From the human T2T-CHM13v2.0 reference genome, Homo sapiens, in assembly GCF_009914755.1 (NCBI RefSeq), contig NC_060933.1: a DNA stretch of 64,000 nucleotides; one strand, 5' to 3'. The notes beneath the pieces are model-generated. The model was not told where the DNA came from, made no database searches, and saw only the letters and a program-made list of their open reading frames with translations. The position numbers and the translations under genes were made by a program. Below are positions 29,356-40,504 of the stretch, in pieces. The first letter of the stretch is position 1. Each line of letters opens with the position of its first letter.

Positions 29356-31929
29356 ATGGAATCAACCCGAGTGCAATCAAATGGAATCGAATGGAATGGA
29401 ATGCAATGGAATGGATTCAACTTGAATGGAATGGAAAGAATGGAATCAACACGAGTGGAATGGCATGGATTGGAATGCAATGGAATGGAATCAACCCGAG
29501 TACAGTGGAATGGAATGGAATGGAATGCAATGGAATGGAACCATCCGTAATGGAATGGAAAGGAATGGAATGGTATGGAATGCAATGGAATGGAATGGAT
29601 TGGAATCAACACGATTGTAATAGAATGGAATGGAATGGAATTAACTCAAATAGAATGGAATGGAATGGAATGGAACGGAACGGAATGGAATGTTATGGAA
29701 TGGAATGGAATGGAATGGAACGGAACGGAATGGAATGGAATGGAATGGAATGGAATGGAATCAACGCGGGTGCAGGGGAATGGAATGTAATGGAATGCAA
29801 AGGAATGGAATCTTCCGGAATGGAATGGAATGGAATGGAATGGAGTCAACCCGAGTGCAAAGGAATGGAGTGGAATGGAATGGAATGGAATGGAACAACC
29901 CGAATGGAATGGAATGTAATGGAGAGTAAGGGAGTTGAATAGAATCAATCCGAATGTAATGGAATGGAATGGAACGGAATGGAATTGAATGGAATGGAAT
30001 GGAATGCAATGGAATGGAATCAACCCGAGTGCAATGGAATGGAGAGGAATGGAATGGAATGGAGTGGAAACTACCCGAATGGAATGGAATGTAATGGAGT
30101 GTAAAGGAATTGAATAGAATCAATCCGAATATAATGGAAAGGAATGGAACGGAATGGAATGGAATGGAATGGAATTGAATGGAATGGAATGGAATGCAAT
30201 GGAATGGAATCAACCCGAGTGCAATCGAATGGAATCGAATGGAATGGAATGCAATGGAATGGATTCAACTTGAATGGAATGGAAAGAATGGAATCAACAC
30301 GAGTGGACGGGCAAGGATTGGAATGCAATGGTATAGAATCAACCTGAGTACAGGGGAATGGAATGGAATGGAATGCAATGGAATGGAATCATCCGTAATG
30401 GAATGGAAAGGAATGGAATGGAATGGAATGGAATTAACTCGAATAGAATGGAATGGAATGGAATGTAACGGAATGGAACGGAATGGAATGGAATGGAATG
30501 GAATGGAATGGAATGGTATGGAATGGAATGGAATGGTACGGAATAGAATGGAATGGAACGAATTGTAATGGAATGGAATTGAATGGAATGGAATGGAATG
30601 GAATGGAATCAACGCGAGTGCAAGGGAATGTAATGGAACGGAATGCAATGGAATGGAATCATCCGGAATGGAATGGAATGGAATCAACCCGAGTGCAATG
30701 GAATGGAGTGGAATGGAATGGAATGGAATGGAACAACCCGAATGGAATGGAATGTAATGGAGAGTAAGGGAGTTGAATAGAATCAATCCGAATGTAATGG
30801 AATGGAATGCAACGGAATGGAATGGAAAGGAATGGAATGGAATGGAATGGAATGGAATGGAATGGAATGGAATGCAATGGAATGGAATCAACCCGAGTTC
30901 AATGGAATGGAATGGAATGGAATGGAATGGAATGGAGTGGAATGGAGTGGAATTGAATGGAATGGAATGCTTTCAAACCGAATGAAATGGAAAGGAATGG
31001 AATCAACACGAGTGGAATGGAATGAAATGGAAAGGAATGGAATGGTACGGAATAGAATGGAATGGAACGAAATGGAATGGAATGGAATGGAATGGAATGG
31101 AATGGAATAGAATCGTTCCGAGTGGAATAGGAGGGAATGTATTCGAGTGGAATGGAAAGGAATGGAATCAACCAGAGTGGAATGGAAGGGAATGGAATGG
31201 AATGGAAACTAATAGAATGGAATCAACCCGAGTGGAATGGAATGGAAAGGACTGGAATGGAATGGAATGGAATGGAATGGAATGGAATGGAATCAACTCG
31301 ATTGTAATGGAATGGAATGGAATGGAATGGAATGGAATGGAATGGAATGGAATGGAATGGAATTAACCTGAATACAACGGAATGGAATGGAATGGAATGG
31401 AATGGAGTGGAATGGAATGGAATCAACCCGAGTGCAGGGGAATGGAATGGAATGGAATGCAATGGAATGGAATCATCCGGAATGGAATGGAATGGAATGG
31501 AATGCAAAGCAATGGAATCAACTCGATTGCAATGGAATGGAATGGAATGGAAAGGAATAGAATGGAATCAACCCGAGTGGAATGGAATGGAAAGGACTGG
31601 AATGGAGTGGAATGGAATGGAATGGAATAGAATGGAATGGAATGGAATCAACTCGATTGGAATGGAATGGAATGGAATGGAATGGAATGGAATGGAATGG
31701 AATGGAATCAACCCGACTGAAGGGGAATGGAATGGAATGGAATGCAATGGAATGGATTCAACTTGAATGGAATGGAAAGAATGGAATCAACACGAGTGGA
31801 ATGGCATGGATTGGAATGGAATGGAATGGAATCAACCCGAGTACAGGGGAATGGAATGGAATGGAATGCAATGGAATGGAATCATCCGTAATGGAATGGA
31901 AAGGAATGGAATGGAATGGAATGGAATGG

Positions 31930-33340
31930 AATGGAATGGAATGGAATGGAATCAACTCGATTGCAATGGAATGGAATGGAATGGAATTAACCCGAATAGA
32001 ATGGAATGGAATGGAATGGAACGGAACGGAACGGAATGGAATGGAACGGAATGGAATGGAACGGAACGGAACGGAACGGAATGGAATGGAATGGAATGGA
32101 ATGGAATGGAATGGAATGGAATGGAATCAACCCGAGTGCAATGGAATGGAGTGGAATGGAATGGAATGGAATGGAACAACCCGAATGGAATGGAATGTAA
32201 TGGAGAGTAAGGGAGTTGAATAGAATCAATCCGAATGTAATGGAATGGAATGGAACGGAATGGAATTGAATGGAATGGAATGGAATGCAATGGAATGGAA
32301 TCAACCCGAGTGCAATGGAATGGAGAGGAATGGAATGGAATGGAATGGAAACTACCCGAATGGAATGGAATGTAATGGAGTGTAAGGGAATTGAATAGAA
32401 TCAATCCGAATGGAATGGAATGGAATGGAACGGAATGGAATGGAATGGAATGGAATGGAATGGAATCAACCCGACTGCAGGGGAATGGAATGGAATGGAA
32501 TGCAATGGAATGGATTCAACTTGAATGGAATGGAAAGAATGGAATCAACACGAGTGGAATGGCATGGATTGGAATGGAATGGAATGGAATCAACCCGAGT
32601 ACAGGGGAATGGAATGGAATGGAATGCAATGGAATGGAATCATCCGTAATGGAATGGAAAGGAATGGAATGGAATGGAATGGAATGGAATGGAATGGAAT
32701 GGAATGGAATCAACTCGATTGCAATCGAATGGAATGCAATGGAATTAACCCAAATAGAATGGAATGGAATGGAATGGAACGGAACGGAATGGAATGAAAT
32801 GGAATGGAATAGAACGGAACGGAACGGAACGGAACGGAACGGAACGGAATGGAATGGAATGGAATGGAATGGAATCAACGCGAGTGCAGGGGAATGGAAT
32901 GGAATGGAATTCAATGGAATGGAATCTTCCGCAATGGAATGGAATGGAATGGAATGGAATGGAATGGAATGGAATCAACCCGAGTGCAATGGAATGGAGT
33001 GGAATGGAATGGAATGGAATGGAACAACCCGAATGGAATGGAATGTAATGGAGAGTAAGGGAGTTGAATAGAATCAATCCGAATGTAATGGAATGGAATG
33101 GAACGGAATGGAATGGAATGGAATGGAATGGAATGCAATGCAATGGAATCAACCCGAGTTCACTGAAATGGAGAGGAATGGAATGGAATGGAATGGAAAC
33201 TACCCGAAAGGAATGGAATGTAATGGAGTGTAAGGGAATTGAATAGAATCAATCCGAATGTAATGGAATGGAATGGAACGGAACGGAATGGAATGGAATG
33301 GAATGGAATGGAATGGAATGGAATGGAATGCAATGGAATG
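31930..33340 (-). repeat. ~1.4 kb segment duplicated at ~27,960-29,355 (copy 2)
   Basis: Same diagnostic variants as copy 1. Confidence 0.85.
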
Positions 33341-35386
33341 GAATCATCCGGAATGGAATGGAATGGAATGGAATGCAAAGCAATGGAATCAACTCGATTG
33401 CAATGGAATGGAATGGAATGGAAAGGAATACATTGGAATCAACCCGAGTGGAATGGAATGGAAAGGACTGGAATGGAGTGGATTGGAATGGAATGGAATG
33501 GAATGGAATCAACTCGATTGGAATGGAATGGAATGGAATGGAATGGAATGGAATGGAATTAACCCGAATAGAATGGAATGGAATGGAATGGAACGGAAAG
33601 GAACGGAACGGAACAGAACGGAACGGAACGGAATGGAATGGAATGGAATGGAATGGAATCAAACCGACTGCAGGGGAATGGAATGGAATGGAATGCAATG
33701 GAATGGATTCAACTTGAATGGAATGCAAAGAATGGAATCAACACGAGTGGAATGGCATGGATTGGAATGGAATGGAATGGAATCAACCCGAGTACAGGGG
33801 AATGGAATGGAATGGAATGCAATGGAATGCAATTATCCGTAATGGAATGGAAAGGAATGGAATGGAATGGAATGGAATGGAATGGAATGGAATGGAATGG
33901 AATGGAATCAACTCGATTGCAATCGAATGGAATGGAATGGAATTAACCCGAATAGAATGGAATGGAATGGAATGGAATGGAACAGAACGGAATGGAATGG
34001 AATGGAATGGAATGGAATGGAACGGAAAGGAATGGAATGGAATGGAATGGAATGGAATGGAATGGAATGGAATGGAATCAACGCGAGTGCAGTGGAATGG
34101 AATGGAATGGAATGCAATGGAATGGAATCTTCCGGAATGGAATGGAATGGAATGGAATGGAATGGAATGGAATGGAATGGAATAAACCCGAGTGCAATGG
34201 AATGGAGTGGAATGGAATGGAATGGAATGGAACAACCCGAATGGAATGGAATGTAATGGAGAGTAAGGGAGTTGAATAGAATCAATCCGAATGTAATGGA
34301 ATGGAATGGAACGGAATGGAATTGAATGGAATGGAATGGAATGCAATGGAATGGAATCAACCCGAGTGCAATGGAATGGAGAGGAATGGAATGGAATGGA
34401 AACTACCCGAATGGAATGGAATGTAATGGAGTGTAAGGGAATTGAATAAAATCAATCCGAATGTAATGGAATGGAATGGAACGGAATGGAATGGAATGGA
34501 ATGGAATGGAATGGAATGGAATGGAATCAACCCGAGTGCAATCGAATGGAATCGAATGGAATGGAATGCAATGGAATGGATTCAACTTGAATGGAATGGA
34601 AAGAATGGAATAAACACGAGTGGAAGGGCATGGATTGGAATGCAATGGAATGGAATCAACCCGAGTACAGGGGAATGGAATGGAATGGAATGCAATGGAA
34701 TGGAATCATCCGTAATGGAATGGAAAGGAATGGAATGGAATGGAATGGAATGGAATGGAATGGAATCAACACGATTGCAATCGAATGGAATGGAATGGAA
34801 TTAACCCGAATAGAATGGAATGGAATGGAATGGAACGGAACGGAATGGAATGGAATGGAATGGAATGGAATGGAATGGAATGGAACGGAACGGAATGGAA
34901 TGGAATGGAATGGAATGCAATGGAACGCAACGGAATGGAATGGAATGGAATGGAATGGAATCAACGCGAGTGCAGGGGAATGGAATGTAATGGAATGCAA
35001 TGGAATGGAATCTTCCGGAATGGAATGGAATGGAATGGAATCAACCCGAGTGCAATGGAATGGAGTGGAATGGAATGGAATGGAATGGAACAACCCGAAT
35101 GGGATGGAATGTAATGGAGAGTAAAGGAGTTGAATAGAATCAATCCGAATGTAATGGAATGGAATGCAACGGAATGGAATGGAATTGAATGGAATGGAAT
35201 GGAATGCAATGGAACGGAATCAACCCGAGTGCAATGGAATGGAGAGGAGGGGAATGGAATGGAGTGGAAACTACCCGAATGGAATGGAATGTAATGGAGT
35301 GTAAGGGAATTGAATAAAATCAATCCGAATGTAATGGAATGGAATGGAACGGAATGGAATGGAATGGAATGGAAAGGAAAGAAGGG

Positions 35387-35414
35387 AATGGAATCAACCC
35401 GAGTTGATTCCATT
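35387..35414. repeat. Breakpoint palindrome (12-bp perfect arms, 4-nt centre)
   Basis: aatggaatcaac-ccga-gttgattccatt; the arms are exact reverse complements. Confidence 0.95.
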
Positions 35415-37744
35415 GCTTTGCATTCCGTTCCACTCCATTCCTTTTCATTGTATTCGGGTTAATTCCATTGCATTCCATTCCATTCCATTCCTTTCCGTTC
35501 CATTCCATTCCATTCCATTCCATTCCATTCCGTTCCGTTCCGTTCCATTCCATTCCATTCCATTGTATTCGTGTTAATACCATTCCATTCCATTCCATTC
35601 CATTCCAATCCATTACAATCGAGTTGATTCCATTCCATTCCATTCCATTCCATTCCATTCCATTCCATTCCTTTCCATTCCATTCTACTCGGGTTGATTC
35701 CATTCTATTAGTTTCCATTCCATTCCATTCCCTTCCATTCCACTCTGGTTGATTCCATTCCTTTCCATTTCACTCGAATACATTCCCTCCTATTCCACTC
35801 GGAACGATTCCATTCCATTCCATTCCATTCCATTCCATTCCATTCCATTCCATTCCATTCCATTTCGTTCCATTCCATTCTATTCCGTACCATTCCATTC
35901 CATTCCATTCCATTCCATTCGATTCCATTCCACTCGTGTTGATTACATTCCTTTCCATTCCATTCAGTTTGAAGGCATTCCATTCCATTCCATTCCATTC
36001 CATTCCATTCCATTCCATTCCATTCCATTTGATTCCATTCCATTCCATTCCATTCCATTCCATTGTACTCGGGTTGATTCCATTCCATTGCATTCCATTC
36101 CATTCCATTCCATTCCATTCCATTCCATTCCATTCCATTCCATTCCGGATGATTCCATTCCAATGCATTCCATTCCATTCCATTCCCCTGCACTCGGGTT
36201 GATTACATTCCATTCCCTTCCCTTCCATTCCTTTCCATTCCATTCCATTCCATTCTATTCGGGTGAATTCCATTCCATTCCATTCCATTCCATTCCATTC
36301 CATTCCATTGCAATCGAGTTGATTCCATTACATTCCATTCCATTCCGTTCCGGATGATTCCATTCCATTGCATTCCATTCCATTCCATTCCCCTGCAGTC
36401 GGTTTGATTCCTTTCCATTCCATTCCATTCCATTCCATTCTATTCCATTCCGTTCCATTCCATTGCATTCCATTCTATTCGGGTTAATTCCATTCCATTC
36501 CTTTCCATTCCATTCCAATCGAGTTAATTCCATTCCATTGCATTCCATTACACTCCATTCCATTCCTTTCCATTCCATTCCACTCGGGTTGATTCCATTC
36601 TATTCCTTTCCATTCCATTCCATTGCAATAGAGTTGATTCCATTGCATTGCATTCCATTCCATTCCATTCCATTCCGGATGTTTCCATTCCATTGCATTC
36701 CATTCCATTCCATTCCCCTGCACTCGGGTTGATTCCATTCCATTCCACTCCATTCCGTTCCATTGCATTCCATTCCATTGTATTCGGGTTAATTCCATTG
36801 CATTCCATTCCATTCCATTCCATTCCATTCCATTACAATCGAGTTGATTCCATTCCATTCCATTCCATTCCATTCCATTCCATTCCATTCCATTCCATTC
36901 CTTTCCATTCCATTCCACTCGGGTTGATTCCATTCTATTAGTTTCCATTCCATTCCATTCCCTTCCATTCCACTCTGGTTGATTCCATTCCTTTCCATTC
37001 CACTCGAATACATTCCCTCCCATTCCCTCGGAACAATTCCATTCCATTCCATAGCATTCTATTCCATTCCATTTCGTTCCATTCCATTCTATTCCATTCT
37101 GTTCCGTTCCGTTCCATTCCATTCCATTCCATTCTATTCGGGTTAATTCCATTCCATTCCATTCGATTGCAATCGAGTTGATTCCATTCCATTCTATTCC
37201 ATTCCATTCCATTCCTTTCCATTCCATTACGGATGATTCCATTCCATTGCATTCCATTCCATTCCATTCCCCTGTACTCGGGTTGATTCCATTCCATTCC
37301 ATTCCATTGAATTCCATTCCATTCCATTCCGTTCCGTTCCATTCCATTCCATTACAATCGAGTTGATTCCATTCCATTCCATTCCATTCCAGTCCTTTCC
37401 ATTCCATTCCACTCGGGTTGATTCCATTCTATTAGTTTCCATTCCATTCCATTCCCTTCCATTCCACTCTGGTTGATTCCATTCCTTTCCATTCCACTCG
37501 AATACATTCCCTGCTATTCCACTCGGAACGATTCCATTCCATTCCATTCCATTCCATTCCATTCCATTCCATTTCTTTCCATTCCATTCTATTCCGTATC
37601 ATTCCATTCCATTCCATTCCATTCCATTGTACTCGGGTTGATTCCATTCCACTGCATTCCATTCCATTCCATTCCATTCCATTCCGTTGCATTCCAATCC
37701 ATGCCCTTCCACTCGTGTTGATTCCATTCTTTCCATTCCATTCA

Positions 37745-39490
37745 AGTTGAATCCATTCGATTGCATTCCATTCCATTCGATTCCATTCGATTGCACTCGG
37801 ATTGATTCCATTCCATTGCATTCCATTCCATTCCATTCCATTCCATTCCATTCCGTTCCATTCCATTCCATTACATTCGGATTGATTCTATTCAATTCCC
37901 TTACACTCCATTACATTCCATTCCATTCGGGTAGTTTCCATTCCATTCCATTCCATTCCTCTCCATTCCATTGCACTCTGGTTGATTCCATTCCATTGCA
38001 TTCCATTCCATTCCATTCAATTCCATTCCGTTCCATTCCATTCCATTACATTCGGATTGATTCTATTCAACTCCCTTACTCTCCGTTACATTCCATTCCA
38101 TTCGGGTTGTTCCATTCCATTCCATTCCATTCCACTCCATTCCATTGCACTCGGGTTTATTCCATTCCATTCCATTCCATTCCATTCCATTCCATTCCAT
38201 TCCATTCCTGAAGATTCCATTCCATTGCATTCCATTCCATTCCATTCCCCTGCACTCGCGTTGATTCCATTGCATTCCATTCCATTCCATTCCGTTCAAT
38301 TCCATTCCTTTCCGTTCCGTTCCATTCCATTCCATTCCATTCCATTCCGTTCCATTCCGTTCCATTCCATTCCATTCCAATCCATTCTATTCAGGTTAAT
38401 TCCTTTCCATTCCATTCGACTGCAATCGAGTTGATTCCATTCCATTCCATTCCATTCCATTCCATTCCATTGCTTTCCATTCCATTACGGATGATTCCAT
38501 TCCATTGCATTCCATTCCATTCCATTCCCCTGTACTCGGGTTGATTCCATTCCATTCAATTCCAATCCATGCCATTCCACTCGTGTTGATTCCACTCTTT
38601 CCATTCCATTCAAGTTGAATCCATTCTATTGCATTCCATTCGATTCCATTCGATTGCACTCAGGTTGATTCCATTCCATTGCATTCCATTCCATTCAATT
38701 CCATTCCATTCCATTCCATTCCGTTCCATTCCATTCCATTACATTCGGATTGATTCTATTCAATTCCCTTACACTCCATTACATTCCATTCCATTCGGGT
38801 AGTTTCCATTCCATTCCATTCCATTCCTCTCCATTCCATTGCACTCGGGTTGATTCCATTCCATTGCATTCCATTCCATTCCATTCAATTCCATTCCGTT
38901 CCATTCCATTCCATTACATTCGGATTGATTCTATTCAACTCCCTTACTCTCCGTTACATTCCATTCCATTCGGGTTGTTCCATTCCATTCCATTCCATTC
39001 CACTCCATTCCATTGCACTCGGGTTTATTCCATTCCATTCCATTCCATTCCATTCCATTCCATTCCATTCCTGAAGATTCCATTCCATTGCATTCCATTC
39101 CATTCCATTCCCCTGCACTCGCGTTGATTCCATTGCATTCCATTCCAATCCATTGCGTTCCATTCCATTCCTTTCCGTTCCGTTCCATTCCATTCCATTC
39201 CATTCCATTCCGTTCCGTTCCGTTCCGTTCCATTCCATTCCAATCCATTCTATTCAGGTTAATTCCATTCCATTCCATTCGACTGCAATCGAGTTGATTC
39301 CATTCCATTCCATTCCATTCCATTCCATTCCATTCCATTGCTTTCCATTCCATTACGGATGTTTCCATTCCATTGCATTCCATTCCATTCCATTCCCCTG
39401 TACTCGGGTTGATTCCATTCCATTCCATTCCAATCCATGCCTTTCCACTCGTGTTGATTCCACTCTTTCCATTCCATTCAAGTTGAATCC
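37745..39490 (+). repeat. Tandem duplication, unit ~868 bp
   Basis: ORF offsets 37,982/38,850 and 38,063/38,931. Shared variants ctccgttaca, cctgaagatt, cgactgcaat, ccactctttcc. Confidence 0.85.
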
Positions 39491-40504
39491 ATTCCATTGC
39501 ATTCCATTCCATTCCATTCCCCTGCAGTCGGGTTGATTCCATTCCATTCCATTCCATTCCATTCCATTCCATTCCATTCCGTTCCGTTCCGTTCCGTTCC
39601 ATTCCATTCCATTACATTCCATTCTATTCGGGTTAATTCCATTCCATTCCATTCCATTCCATTCCATTCCATTCCAATCGAGTTGATTCCATTCCATTTC
39701 ATTCCATTCCATTCCACTCCATTCCGTTCCATTCCATTCCATTCCATTGTATTCGGGTTAATTCCATTCCATTCCATTCCATTCCATTCCATTCCATCAC
39801 AATCGAGTTGGTTCCATTCCATTCCATTCCATTCCATTCCATTCCATTCCATTCCGGATGATTCCATTCCATTACATTCCGTCCCATTATATACCCCTGC
39901 ACTCGGGTTGATTCCATTCCATTCCATTCCATTCCATTCGATTCCATTCCATTCCAATTCTTTCCATTCCATTCTATTCCGTACCATTCCATTCCATTCC
40001 ATACCATTCCATTCCATTCCATTCCATTCCATTCCATTCCGTTCCGTTCCGTTCCGTTCCATTCCATTCCATTCAATTTTATTCGGGTTAATTCCATTCC
40101 ATTCCATTCGATTCCATTCCATTGTATTCCATTCCATTGCAATCGAGTTGAATCCATTGCATTCCATTCCTTTCCATTCCGGAAGATTCCATTCCATTGC
40201 ATTCCATTCCATTCCATTCCCCTGCACTCGCTTTGATTCCATTCCATTCCATTCCATTCCGTTCCGTTCCGTTCCGTTCCGTTCCATTCCATTCCATTCC
40301 GTTCCGTTCCGTTCCGTTCCATTCCATTCCATTCTATTCGGGTTAATTCCATTCCATTCCATTGGATTGCAATCGAGTTGATTCCATTCCATTCCCTCCC
40401 TTTCCATTCCATTCCATTCCATTCCTTTCCATTCCATTACGGATGATTCCATTCCACTGCATTACATTCCATTCCATTCCCCTGTACTCGGGTTGATTCC
40501 ATTC

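Larger units (their letters stand above)
22721..35400 (-). repeat. Orientation block 2: inverted ~12.7 kb segment, G-rich (GAATG) strand on +
   Basis: Abrupt switch to gaatggaatg at 22,721 and back to gagttgattccatt at 35,401. All landmarks appear as reverse complements (aatcaacccgagt, aattaacccgaata). Confidence 0.97.
25570..35400 (-). repeat. Variant domain A (inverted) with ~848-bp sub-repeat
   Basis: Marker gagagtaa(g/a)ggagttg at 28,226, 29,074, 29,922, 30,760, 32,203, 33,051, 34,259 and 35,117. Spacings are 848, 848, 838, 1443, 848, 1208 and 858. Confidence 0.75.

Noticed and set aside
22697-35414. Inverted block as a DNA transposon or site-specific invertible element
   Set aside because: There are no matching terminal inverted repeats shared by the two ends, no target-site duplication and no recombinase or transposase ORF. 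The interior is plain satellite.
35387-35414. Hairpin as an intrinsic terminator
   Set aside because: The context is eukaryotic satellite, with no U-tract and no upstream gene. The hairpin is explained by the orientation switch.
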